64,000 bases of DNA from Eledone cirrhosa. Taxonomy: Eukaryota. Each line of letters begins with the position of its first letter. The first letter of the stretch is position 1. The notes below the pieces were generated by a model, which was not told the DNA's origin, did not search any database, and saw only the letters and a list, made by a program, of their open reading frames with translations. The position numbers and the translations under genes are program-made. Positions 1-14,466 of the stretch are shown piece by piece. The DNA is taken from assembly GCA_964016885.1 (NCBI GenBank), contig OZ024748.1, positions 434,001-498,000 of the forward strand, given 5' to 3'.

Positions 1-23
1 ATTCTCCAGAAAGCCAGACAAGG

Positions 24-68
24 AATATTGGACTAGTTTCGATGTTGTTACATCTCATCAGCAATATT
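24..68 (-). ncRNA. Type I hammerhead ribozyme, family A (canonical core, GUC site)
   Basis: Minus strand: AATATTG-CTGATGA-GATGT(AACA)ACATC-GAAA-CTAG-TC-CAATATT. Same element as 21781-21855. Confidence 0.85.
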
Positions 69-71
69 TAC

Positions 72-2585
72 CTATATATATAAAGGGAAGATGGACATTG
101 TTTAGTCTACCGAACTTGCCTGCTACACCGTTCATCCAATTTTCTTGAAACCTCACACATATATAAAACTCAACGCGTAGAGTGGAATAGGCTACTTGAA
201 ATTTTCGAAAAATGGATAATCGGGCCCTATGACAGAATGTTTTTCGATTCCAATGAAATTTTATGTGAATTCGAACACAAGAACTCTTAGTTTACATCTG
301 GCGCAATAAAAATAAATTTCATATGCCCATATAAGGACGTTCGTTATTGATTGGACGGCCAGCTGCATGTTTTCCCAGCTGTCTCAGGAAACGACCGACC
401 ATTAAAGAGTTTCTTTTCATATTCCACCTTATTCAAGTGGAAATACAGTATTATCCCTATCTGAAAAGGGAACCAAATTTAATGGTGTCTTTTGTGAACC
501 TAAAAGCTGTGAGTAAATTTTCAAACAGTCTTAAATAATCATGCTTTTTGAAAAAAAAATTACTAAATAATACGTTGACCAAGTTGTGTTGTACACATAC
601 AATACAAGTAAAAAAATTTACGTCGTACCAATGTTTTCCTTTTTTAAACAAAAGATTCTAAAAAATTACTTAATTTATAATACAGTCTTTTGCACAGGAA
701 GTGAGTAACTTTTCGGGTGTTTAAACGTAAGTTCACTATGGTTTGTGTCTTCATTATTAGCCCACCTATAATGGCATTTTTTGTTCTGCTTACGACTAAA
801 TGTTATGAGCGTATTTGCAATTAATTGCGCACACGTGCACACCTGCATGCAGATAGACACTGACAGCCAATAAAAAATCGATAACTTGCTTATTAAGATA
901 TCGGTCAAAAAGAGAGATTGAATGTACTTTAGAACATTTTTTGAATATATTGTTCTTTTTGGCATGATATGTCAGAAATATAGCTACTATACACTTTGGT
1001 TATTTTTTGTATCTAAAAAACGGTTCCTTTTGGGTGGATACTTAACGAGAAAAATCCTAGGGTTTTGGACAAGTTTGTTTCAGGCGCTGTATAGACGCCT
1101 ATTTTGTCACACCTTGGTCATGAATTCGTATTCTTTTCCAATAGATATTTTCCGCTCTATAAGGCTCACCAGGATATAAGGCGTATCATTTAAAATCAGG
1201 TCCGCGCAACGGCGTGTAAGGCCAACCAGAAAATGCTATCTTCTTTACTTTTAGTCTAGATCTATTACTTCTGTTAGAGCCGTGATTGATTACCATTGTA
1301 TTATTTATACATAAGGCTCACCGGAGTATAAAGCGCAGAGCTGTTTTTTTAATTAAATTTAATTATTTTAAGTGCAATTTATAGACGGGAAAATTCGGTA
1401 AGTTATTGTAATCATATTTCCAAACCTTCCCATTCACCAGTAACCATGCTAACGAATCTGGAGTCATCTCTCTCTGTATTTAATCACCTCTCTCTAACCT
1501 AACAGCTTCGTTACACGTCGTTATGCCCACACGGAAACGTTCAAGACTTACCTCCAAAAAACGTACAGCTATTGCTTTGAGACAACGAATTAGGCGTTCT
1601 CAGGTATGAGTTCATTCACAATTGATTAATCCTTTATGCAATATTCTCCCTTAATGTTAGCAAGTACTGCGTTTATCCTAACTGTCACCACTTTTAAGCA
1701 ACTACAACATTCTAATCGTAGTTATATTAAATTTATTGTCTTACCTTGATTCCCTTTTGTTAATGTTAGACTTTTCTCATTTACTATTGACACTGCCATT
1801 GGCTTAGCTAACCAGCAGAATTCATTAATTTTCTCTAGGAAACACCTGCTGAGCACAAATCTCGACTCGCTGATAGACGTCTTTCTCGGCTGGTTGAGTC
1901 ACCAACATCACGTACGACAAGGCTTGCTGATGTTCGCCTTCGTCGCCAACAAGCGCTGACGGAGGAATCACCAACATCCCGTCAGACGAGGCTTGAGGCT
2001 GTGGCAAAGGGCAATAACCCTAGATACAATTTTGATCAACTTTTTTTCACCTATAGCAAATTTACCGGGACAGGTTTTTAGCTACTCAAATCTACTTCAG
2101 AGATCACGCATTGATGTAAAAAATCAATAAAACTGAAGCGGGGCTCGACTTTGCGCAAAAAAATAAGGCAAAGTTACACATGGGAAAACTTTTTACAGGA
2201 ACGTCCTATGTTCTTGAAAACTGTCAGAAAAGACTCGCCATTATGCCGCGGTTAAGATAAAGGCCCTTTTAATTCTTCTTCTGCACATGTGAGCGCAAAA
2301 ATTGTAAAAAAAAAAAACCTGAAAGTAATCGACATCTTCACCCTGCTTTAAATTAACTGAACATTCAATATCAAGCGATTTTGACTTCCGTCAGTCGTGC
2401 AGAGAACAATTTCAACGATACACTGTGTAACTACAATTAATAAATTACACACCTGTGTCTACTAACCTATTTTTTTCCATTGAATTTCGAAGTTTTGAAC
2501 CTGTGATGCGCGGGAAGTAACTTTCACACATTCTAACAGACCAAAGGTCGACTTACACCCGGGCAACGCCGGGTACTTCTGCTAG
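72..2585 (+). mobile_element. Non-autonomous Helitron-like element
   Basis: 3' end: hairpin ACCCGGG-CAACG-CCGGGT (2557-2574) then CTAG|T. 5' end CTATATATATAAA resembles the other two Helitrons here. No RepHel ORF seen; 5' boundary approximate. Confidence 0.65.
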
Positions 2586-2613
2586 TATATATATATATAT
2601 ATATATATACATG

Positions 2614-2646
<33 letters not shown>

Positions 2647-2891
2647 GTATGGTATGTATATATATATATATATATATAATATATATATATATATATAGAC
2701 ATGTATATATTATATAATGTGTATGATATATATTTTATGGTCGTGTACTTTTTAATGCATTATTAATAATGCGCTTCTATATAACAGGTTGTATTAATGC
2801 ACGCCTTGATATATTCAACGAACCAGCTTTCATATATATATATATTATGGAATACTGTTGGCTTCTTGCTGCAATCATTTCTATACTTTTC

Positions 2892-3017
<126 letters not shown>

Positions 3018-3104
3018 GTATCTGCATGTGAACGTTTGTGTTTGTGTGTGTATATGCAAATGTATATATACACACACACGAACTTATCCACGATCAAACA
3101 CTCA

Positions 3105-3655
3105 CATTTTTTTCAAAACCACGCTACCTACACCCACACCACGTATAAACACAAACACGCACGTGCGTATCCCCACATATACACACTTAGCCTCCGGAAT
3201 CCCCCCCCCATCCCCCACCCCTCTGACCCTCTCCATCCACACGCACACACCGACTTACACCCCACCCCATGCCCTCACCTTTTCCTGAACATGGAACCTC
3301 GTTCTTCCCCCAACTCTCACATTCACATACACACACACACACACACCCACACATACACCTACACACATACACAAACACCACCTTCAGCCCTCCCCGCTCG
3401 GACCCCCGCCTCCCTCTCCCAACTCCACCCGCCATCACCCCTACACGCCGCACACCCTTCAATCACTTGTTTATTTTTATGTTTATTTTTATGTTTATTT
3501 TTATTTTTATTTGCACTTCTTCAATCGTTTGTCCTCCCCCTTTTTCCTAAATGTCTCTCCACCACTCCCCCACACACCATCGGAACTCTCTTCCTACCCA
3601 CTTTTCTCCTAATAAACTCATATTTGTACTGCCTCTCTGTTTTTGTTCCCGTCTA
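3105..3655 (+). mobile_element. 3' UTR fragment of the PLE family at 8785-11156
   Basis: Diverged reverse complement of ~8800-9300 (CTTCAGCCCTCCCCGCTCGGAC, ATGTCTCTCCACCACTCCCC, GTACTGCCTCTCTGTTTT). Confidence 0.7.
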
Positions 3656-3741
3656 AGATTTAATTATATATATATTATACTATTATATATAACTATATAT
3701 ATATATTATACTATAGATTTAACTATATATATATATATATA

Positions 3742-3909
3742 TAACGAAGGAATTGTTAAGGAACCAGATGGACCATAACGCACCAGAGTACTCAATACTT
3801 AGGAAAAAGTATGACCCCGACGACAGAGCTCAAGCCGTTTCGACGGCTATTTCTGGACTAGAAATAGCCGTCGAAACGGCTTGAGCTCTGCCGTCGGGGT
3901 CATACTTTT

Positions 3910-3915
<6 letters not shown>
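3742..3915. mobile_element. Family F short element, fold-back copy in (TA)n
   Basis: Inverted arms around ~3857 containing GAAACGGCTTGAGCTCTGCCGTCGGGG (3' half of an HHR). Other copies at 11381-11790, 38641-38790, 39460-39640, 58320-58382, 60722-61015. Confidence 0.75.
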
Positions 3916-3947
<32 letters not shown>

Positions 3948-4088
3948 CTGTGTCTGTGTGTCTGTGTGTATGTGTGTGTGTGTTTGTATGAGTTTAAACA
4001 TATATACCCCTATATACACTTACACATTCACACTGACGTATATATATATATGTATATACACACATATATATATATATACATATACATA

Positions 4089-4120
<32 letters not shown>

Positions 4121-4141
4121 CACACACGCATATATATATAT

Positions 4142-4236
<95 letters not shown>

Positions 4237-4893
4237 TATACATATACATACATATATACATATACATACACATATACATACATATATATATATATACATA
4301 AACATATATACACACACATATATATAGTTCTGCCTTTTCTTTACATAACACGTTCATCTCTTCTATAGTCGGAATGAATTTGGTTTACAGAAGATAGATA
4401 TTGTATTTATAGTCTTACTTTATTTTCCCTTTCTTTGGGGTCTTTTTGCTTTTATTTATCCATTATTTCTTTTACATGTTACCTTTTCTCGCTATTTTCC
4501 TGTTTCACTATTTCACTAGATGATGCGCTTGTTGCGTTGAGCGCGGCGTTTGAATAAATTCTATATTGTTGTTACATCATAACTGGGGTAGAATACATTT
4601 GAATATCCGCCATTCATAAAACATTTCTTTCATCTCGAGTATCCTATTTCATGTCTTTGTTGTGTGGGTTCTGCTTTTAATGGAGGACGGACGGACGGAA
4701 CAGTACAGAACAAAACAGAATATAATGTAAGGCGTTGGGGTGTTATGGTTGGGCGTTGGAGTAGATGGGGTGGGGGTATGGTGCGAGGAGGATGGGAACG
4801 AGGATGGGGCAAGGAAGAGGGGGATGGAGATAAAATAATAGTAGTAGCAGCAGCAACAGCAGCAGCAGCAGCAGCAGCAGCAATAGCAGCAGC

Positions 4894-4925
<32 letters not shown>

Positions 4926-4974
4926 AAGTAGTAGATGATGAAGAGAAGTAGGTCTAAAGATGATGATAATTATG

Positions 4975-5085
4975 ATAATTGTTTGTACTTTAGGCACAAG
5001 GCCAGCAATTACCCCAGTGTATTACTGGTACTTTATTTTATCGACCCCGTAAGGATGAAAGGCAAAGTTAATCTCGGCGGGATTG
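4975..5085 (-). mobile_element. tRNA-derived SINE fragment (octopus-type)
   Basis: Shared body GGCACAAGGCCAGCAATTACCCCAGTG..CTGGTACTTTATTTTATCGACCCCGTAAGGATGAAAGGCAAAG; about nine copies in the window. Confidence 0.75.
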
Positions 5086-5277
5086 ATGAGTGGTGATGTT
5101 GATGATGATGATGATGATGATGACGATTGTTGCGGTGGTGGTGATGGTAATGATGTTGATGGCAATGGTGGTGGCGATGATAGTCATGATGATGATGATT
5201 GTCGTGATGGTGAAGGTGATCGCTGTGGTGATAGTGATGGTGGTAGCGGAGGTGGTAGAGGTGATGATGATGATGAC

Positions 5278-5368
<91 letters not shown>

Positions 5369-5531
5369 ATGATGATGATGATGAATGTGTAGGGATTCCA
5401 ATACATATCTGATGTTTTATTGTCTCCTGTGGACATTCACTATTAACACTACACAGCTATAACACTTTTATTACTGGGTACATATATATATATATTATAT
5501 ATATTATATATATATACATACATATATATAT

Positions 5532-6254
5532 AAAAATGAGCGGAGCAAGCAATTATCAAACAATTCTCTAAATAAATTAAAAAACGATTTAAATAATCAC
5601 CTGTTCTATTGCTGTTACCGACGGTTTCACCAATCCAAAGATTGGAATTCCAGAGAATTTCCAATGGAAAGAATTAGATATTCAGACAGCTTATTTCCAT
5701 ACTATAAGGTTGCTAATCTCACAGTAAGTCAATATTTCGCTTCCTGCCTAACGCATGGGGTCAGGCCGTTAAAATGACACACACGCAAAATCAGGGCACA
5801 AGTAAGAGCTGTTTTATTATAAACTTGTTGATAATGCCACTAAAACCAGCAGCACGATACAACGTTTTGTTCTCTACATAAGGAGAAAAATCATAAAAGG
5901 GTATGGATATTTCAACAGGCACTAGGTACCTATAGAAATATGCAAGGTGTTTATAATAGTTGTGGTTCGATGATACTAATTTGAAATACCAGAACAATAT
6001 AAAAATGAATTCTTTCCAGTGGAAATTCTCTGGATTTCCAATCTTTGGATTGGTGAAACCGTCGGTAACAGCAATAGAGCAGGTGATTATTTAAATCGTT
6101 TTTTAATTTATTTAGAGAATTGTTTGATAATTGCTTGCTCCGCTCATTTTTATATTGTTCTGGTATCTCAAATTAGTACCATCGAACCACAACTATTATA
6201 AACACCTTGCATATTTGTATAGGTACCTAGTGCCTGTTGAAATATCCATACCCT

Positions 6255-6258
<4 letters not shown>
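5532..6258. mobile_element. Family B HHR element, permuted unit plus inverted copy
   Basis: 5532-5664 is inverted at 6019-6150, and 5895-6007 is inverted at 6143-6258. HHR on minus at 5611-5690: GCTGT-CTGAATA..GAAA-CCGTCGG-TA-ACAGC (G8 altered). Confidence 0.7.
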
Positions 6259-6286
<28 letters not shown>

Positions 6287-6494
6287 CATACATACATACA
6301 TACATACATACATACATACATACATAAAAAAACGTTGTAACCGGAGGAAGACAGGAAGACGATACTTTGGTTCGTGGAAACGTTCCCTGGCAAAGAACGG
6401 GAAAAAACGAAGATAATACGTCATTATTTGGAGCATATAAATACTGTAGAATAACATAACAAATATGTTTTAAATATATACATAAATAACATAA

Positions 6495-7020
6495 CAAATG
6501 CCTCGATCTTGGAACCATCTGGGTTGTCAAGAAGTGACGGCAAAAGACCTAACGGTCTTACCCTGTGCCCCTGGTCGAGAGGTAGGTGCCTTGTCTGGGA
6601 CGTCACTGTTAGTGACTCCTTTGCTCTTTCCCATATCCTGGATGCTGTGGTAAGGACGAGAGCCACAGCTTCTGCAGCCGAGCGGAGTAAGACCCTCAAA
6701 TCCTCTGCTCTGTCGGCCAGCTACATTTTTCAGCCTGCGACTTTCGAGACGTTTGGGGGAGTCGGGCCGCTGACTGCGAGTTTCCTTTCCTCACTGGCGG
6801 CTCGCCTAATTGAGGTGACTGGCGAATCTCGCGAGGGTGCTTGGCTGTTTCAGCGCATCAGCCTCGCCATCACCCGGGGCAACGCTGCGAGTGTGCTGAC
6901 TTGCCGCAAAAATCATTAGAGAGGTTGCTGTCTTTTGCTCTCGTGTTGGCTCCGTTGTTCACCCCTTCTTTTACATTTTCTTTAATATTGTACCATTGAA
7001 TGAATTTATCTTTCATTTAC
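6495..7020 (+). mobile_element. 5'-truncated CRE-type non-LTR retrotransposon (restriction-like endonuclease C-terminus)
   Basis: ORF 6509..6919: EPSGLSRSDGKRPNGLTLCPWSRGRCLVWDVT..AAERSK..FETFG..LFQRISLAITRGNA. Short 3' UTR ending in (TA)n. Confidence 0.75.
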
Positions 7021-7035
7021 ATATATATATATATA

Positions 7036-7060
7036 TACAAGGGGCTAACATATGCATTTA

Positions 7061-7097
<37 letters not shown>

Positions 7098-7108
7098 GGC
7101 TAACATGC

Positions 7109-7145
<37 letters not shown>

Positions 7146-7168
7146 AGGGGCTAACATATGCATTTATA

Positions 7169-7218
<50 letters not shown>

Positions 7219-7234
7219 AGGGGCTAACATATGC

Positions 7235-7239
<5 letters not shown>
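7036..7239. repeat. Four copies of a ~25-bp motif separated by variable (TA)n
   Basis: ACAAGGGGCTAACATATGCATTTA at ~7036, 7093, 7142, 7216. Confidence 0.85.
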
Positions 7240-7298
<59 letters not shown>

Positions 7299-7304
7299 TG
7301 AAGT

Positions 7305-7578
7305 TTCCGTTGAAAATTGAAAAAGTCATAGGAGTGAAGAGTGCTCTATGTAAGTACCAGAGCAAAATTTAATGTATAATAAACAATACAATATAATTAC
7401 CTCATTACCAGAGGTTTCCCGAATAAGACGAATACGAAAAACGTACTCATTCGTTCGTCGGACAAGGCAATTTAAAACCTTTTTAAATTGCCTTGTCCGA
7501 GGACGTTTTTCGTATTCGTCTTATTCGGGAAACCTCTGGTAATGAGGTAATTATATTGTATTGTTTATTATACATTAT
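7305..7578. mobile_element. Family C HHR element, fold-back
   Basis: Apex ~7479. HHR-like fold on minus at 7396-7471 (core CCGACGA, GAAA-CCTCTGG-TA). Same family as 26511-26588. Confidence 0.72.
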
Positions 7579-8667
7579 ATATATATATTTATATATACAC
7601 ACACAGAGTGAGTGAGATGTGTGTAGGTGTGTGCGTGTTTGTATGTGTGTGTGTGTATGAGTGTATATGTAGGTGTGTATATGTGTGTGTGTGTGTATGT
7701 GTATATGTGTGTGTATGTGTATGTATATGTATGTATATGTGTGTGTGTATGTATGTATGTGTGTGTGTATGTATGTGTGTGTGCGTGTGTGTAAGTGTGT
7801 GTGTGTAAGTATTGAGTGTGTGTGTGTAACAGTGAAACCATGTCTGACCAGTGTGGGAAGTCGTTAAGTTAATGTTTGGCCTTGTGCCATGGTTTAGTGT
7901 TGTGTTGTGTGTGAGTCATTCACACTAGACTGGAGGTCAGTTTACTGGGTGGTCTGGTGAGGAGGAGAGGTGGGAGGAGAGGGGAGTGGGCGGAGAGAAA
8001 AGAGAGTGAGGGGTGAGGGGAGAGAGAGAGGGGACTGGGCGGGGGGGGGAGAAAGGAGAGAGAGAAACAAGTGAGAGATAAAGATGGCCGGAGAGTAGTG
8101 GGCAGAGAGGGAGAGAGGGGGTGAGGGGAAAGTAAGGAAAGTGAAAGGAGAGGTATTGGTGGTGGTGGTTCCTGTCGTCATCTATGTGTTTATGAGTGTG
8201 TGTATGAGTGTGTGTGTGTGTATGTATGTATGTATGGATATGTGTGTGTATGTATAGATAGTTAGCTAGATATGTATGTATGTATCTATGTATGGATATA
8301 TATGTATATATGTATAGATATGTGTATGTATGTATGTATTTGCATATATATGTATGTATGTATGGATAGTATGTATGTATGGATATGTGAGAGTATGTAT
8401 GCATGTATGTGTGTGCATATGTATGTATGCATGTATGTATGTATAAATGTATCTATGTATGTATGTATAGATATGTGTGTGTATGTATATATGTATGAAT
8501 GTATATGCCACTCAATGTATATCTGTGTGTAAATGTATTAAAATCACTGGTGAGAGATCATTGAACGGTGATCTTCAATGGAAAACGATCAATTATGCAC
8601 AAGAGATCGATTTGTTGCCTCTCCCTCCCTCTCATTCCCCCTCTCTCCCTTTTCCTCCCTGTCTTCT

Positions 8668-11156
<2,489 letters not shown>

Positions 11157-11229
11157 TATATATATATATATATATGACTACCTTGATTAAATCTTAACCA
11201 TTTAACATCTCAGGGTATGTCACGTATCA

Positions 11230-11290
11230 TTATATTTTGTCTGATGAGGACGTACTGTTGTACCTCCGAAATATGTATAATAAAATGTAA
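11230..11290 (+). ncRNA. Type I hammerhead ribozyme, family E
   Basis: TTATATTTTGT-CTGATGA-GGACGTAC(TGTT)GTACCTCC-GAAA-TATGTA-TA-ATAAAATGTAA; 11-bp stem I; between (TA)n tracts. Confidence 0.8.
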
Positions 11291-11345
11291 TTGATCAAAA
11301 GAACATCTATTTTATTAATATTTGTATTTTAATATATATATATAT

Positions 11346-11383
<38 letters not shown>

Positions 11384-11602
11384 GGAACGAGTAGGACCCC
11401 GATGGCTGAGCTCAAGCCGTTTCGACGGCTAATTCTGGACTATCAACACATGAATGGGTCTCCTCCACCCCTCTCCCTCTTTCTCCTACTGGCAGGTTTA
11501 ACTACCCCTTCCCTCCACAAATTGCCATCATAGAATTATTATGTCTCAACTACAAACTTTTGACCAATCCCTGTGACAATCACTTTGACCATATATGGAA
11601 TT

Positions 11603-11698
11603 ACCCCTTGAGAAGCTCGGCTGTTCAAATACCAGGATAAAACTTTTCATTTAGTACAGAATTAGCCGTCGAAACGGCTTGAGCTCAGCCGTCGGGGT
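11603..11698 (+). ncRNA. Type I hammerhead ribozyme, family F, U3-A8 covariant core
   Basis: ACCCC-TTGAGAA-GCTCGGCTG..TAGCCGTC-GAAA-CGGCTTGAGCTCAGCCG-TC-GGGGT; long stem III, GUC site. Confidence 0.75.
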
Positions 11699-11787
11699 CC
11701 TACTCGTTCCTATTACCCACTCTACTACCCTAAGTATTGAGTACTTTGGTGCGTTATGGTCAACCTGGTTCCTTATCACATTTCTTC

Positions 11788-11823
<36 letters not shown>

Positions 11824-11824
11824 T

Positions 11825-12076
11825 ATTCTAAGGCGGCTAAAATTCCCGAGATCCATGGACGAGTTCTCTCCAGCGGTCTCTGTCCCTCATTATCGCTGCC
11901 ATGTCCTGCGTCTCCAACAGACCAGTGTCTGTCCTTAGGGCATCAACATACGTTAACCTTGGTCTTCCACTTCTAGTGTGTCCATGGGGACACTGAGTGC
12001 AATGTCAACTCTGGATGTCGGTGAGCATGTCCAGCTAACCTCAGTCTCCTCTGTGTCACTTTTGAGCTGACTTTTA

Positions 12077-12078
<2 letters not shown>
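11825..12078 (-). mobile_element. RTE-type LINE 3' fragment
   Basis: Minus-strand translation KVTQRRLRLAGHAHRH..GRPRLTYVDALRTD..MRDRDRWRELV, typical of an RTE-clade ORF C-terminus. Confidence 0.7.
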
Positions 12079-12109
<31 letters not shown>

Positions 12110-12116
<7 letters not shown>

Positions 12117-12310
12117 TAAAATAACAGATTAAAGTTTAAGCAAAGAATCGCTGCTTTCACCCTTAACGGGATCTTCTGAAACTAACAAAGTCAATCTGTA
12201 AACGCAGAACTGGATATTTCAAAAAACGTTGCAACCGGAGGAAGACAGGAAGACGATACTTTGGTTCGTGGTAACGTTCGCTGGCAAAGAACGGGAAAAA
12301 ACGAATAATA
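12110..12310 (-). mobile_element. Family G HHR-like element
   Basis: HHR-like fold at 12132-12184 on minus (core CAGAAGA). Matches 57769-57843; 12222-12310 recurs at 6325-6420. Confidence 0.65.
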
Positions 12311-13154
12311 AACATGTCATGATATCGATATCGATCAATCAATACTGATCAAGGAATTTCAAGAATAAAAAAAAAAGGCAGAATTTATCGATAAATATTT
12401 TTAATTGATTAGAAATTCGTTGAAATCAACATAAAATGACACAGGAAGTCTGGAAATGTCATTGAGGGGTGAAATACGTACAGTGGGGTAACTGGGTCCC
12501 TTAGGGCTGTGGTGAGTGGGTTTGTGGTGGGATGGGGGTGGTTTGGGCTCGTGGTGGTGGCGAAGTTGGGCCGGTGGTGGTGTTGATGGTGGCAGTGTTG
12601 GTGGTGGTAGTGTTAGGAGTGGTTATGATGATGGTGGTGATGGTGGAGGTGGTAGTGATGGTAGGGGTGGTTGTGATTAGGGTGATGGTCATGGTGGTGG
12701 TAGTGGTGGTGGTGGTGATGGAGGCGGTTGGCTGCTACTGGCGGTGGGGCTGTTGGAGTTGGAGTTGTCGGTGGTGTAGGAAGTCTTCGGGTTGTTGATA
12801 GTGTTGGTATTGGTGGTTGATGGCGGTGGTAGTGATGATGCTTGGGTCTGTTAAACTGGAGGTGGTGTTTGTAGAGGTGGTGTTGGTGGAGGATGTGTTG
12901 GTGGAGATGGTGTTGGTGGAGGTGGGGGTGGTGGCGCGGGAGTCAATTCCTCGCTGGTGGTTCTGTTCACTTTTTTCTGTCTCCAGGGATACTTTAACCG
13001 CTTTTTAAAAAAAGAATTTATTATGATCTACTATTATTATAGTCATCTGCGTTACGACGACATGATGTCAAATTACAAACTGCATCAATGCTTCTTAAGT
13101 CAACCGGATATTTACAGACGCGCACGCACACGCACACACACGCCATATATATAG

Positions 13155-13670
13155 ACCACAACAGAAACACAAACCCTCCATCTCAATTTTACTTTTGATA
13201 ACCATATGAACTGCGTGTGAAACCAGTAAAGTAAATAATTATTCTTAAAAGACTCCAGTTGTATGTTCAATATCTTTTCCTAATATATATATATATATAT
13301 ATTAGAAAGTGAGGTTTTTTTTACAAAATGAAAAATAAGCGAGGTGTCCTACACGAGTGAAAGTATAAAGAAACAAAGATGAAATCGAAAATGCAACTGG
13401 AGTCTTATTTTAAAAAATATATATATATTTATTTGGTTCCTTCACCGGTTTCGCAGTTCTTCTGCCTTTCAAAAGTAGAGTTGAGATGGAGGGTCTGTGG
13501 TTTTTCTCACATTTTCTCAGATGTAAGAAAAACCACAGACCCTCCATCTCAACTCTACTTTTGAAAGGCAGAAGAACTGCGAAACCGGTAAAGGAACCAA
13601 ATAAATATATATATATATATTTTTAAATAAGACTCCAGATGCATTTTCGATTTCATCTTTTTTTCTTTAT
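13155..13670. mobile_element. Family H elements: diverged copy plus ~300-bp fold-back
   Basis: Arms ~13367-13510 and ~13520-13668. HHR-like folds: TTTACTT-TTGATAA..GAAA-CCAG-TA-AAGTAAA (13188-13235) and CTT-TTGAAAG-GCAG(AAGAA)CTGC-GAAA-CCGG-TA-AAG (13558-13593). Confidence 0.62.
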
Positions 13671-14043
13671 ATATATATATATATATAACCTCGTCCTCAA
13701 ACGCACAGATTTGTATATAGTTTTATTTAAATATTTATATGAGATGTGCACCAATAACAGGTCGAACTATGAATCTACTGGCTCCATGAAATTCGATTTA
13801 ACCTTCTGTCAGTGTGTCTGGGTCTTATATATTTGGTCTGCTTTCGTCCTCGTTGTGATTCTATTTGTATGCTTTATATTTGTCTCTCCCTTTTCTCTGT
13901 TAATAAGTAGCTGAAGCCGCATGAGCTAGTGATGCAGCTGTAGGCACAATCCCACCGTATGCGTCGAAACCGGGTTGTTACGTAACAGATAGGCGGTAGC
14001 TGAAGAGTGCGTGTGTCTCATATGTGTTTTTGACCTCGTTGAG

Positions 14044-14151
<108 letters not shown>

Positions 14152-14206
14152 TATATATATATACATGTATATATATATATATGTACATATGTATGTATAT
14201 ATATGC

Positions 14207-14282
<76 letters not shown>

Positions 14283-14287
<5 letters not shown>

Positions 14288-14466
14288 AGCTTTCACCGTA
14301 TTTTTGACTAAAGAAATTTTAGCCTGATAATGGGGTTTAGAACCCTCAGATAAATGGAAAAGGATGAGTATTGACGTACATGGGAGTCGAACCCACATCT
14401 TTGGTTATCCAAACCACTGTGCTACCATTACACCATTGGTGTAATGGTAGCACAGTGGTCTGGATA
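14283..14466 (-). mobile_element. tRNA-headed short element with 5' fold-back
   Basis: Minus strand: A-box TGGTGTAATGGTAGCAC and T-arm GTGGGTTCGACTCCCAT. Palindrome 14406-14466; 3' end at (TA)n. Confidence 0.6.

Noticed and set aside
4505-4560. Additional HHR candidates (also ~13906-13985, ~26474, ~43930-44030, ~50618)
   Set aside because: The core is incomplete or the stems could not be closed by eye; not counted.
7036-7239. Repeat-spacer pattern resembling a CRISPR array
   Set aside because: The spacers are only (TA)n.
14370-14440. Functional tRNA gene (also 40695-40766)
   Set aside because: A/B boxes and T-arm are present but there is no complete acceptor stem; better explained as SINE heads.
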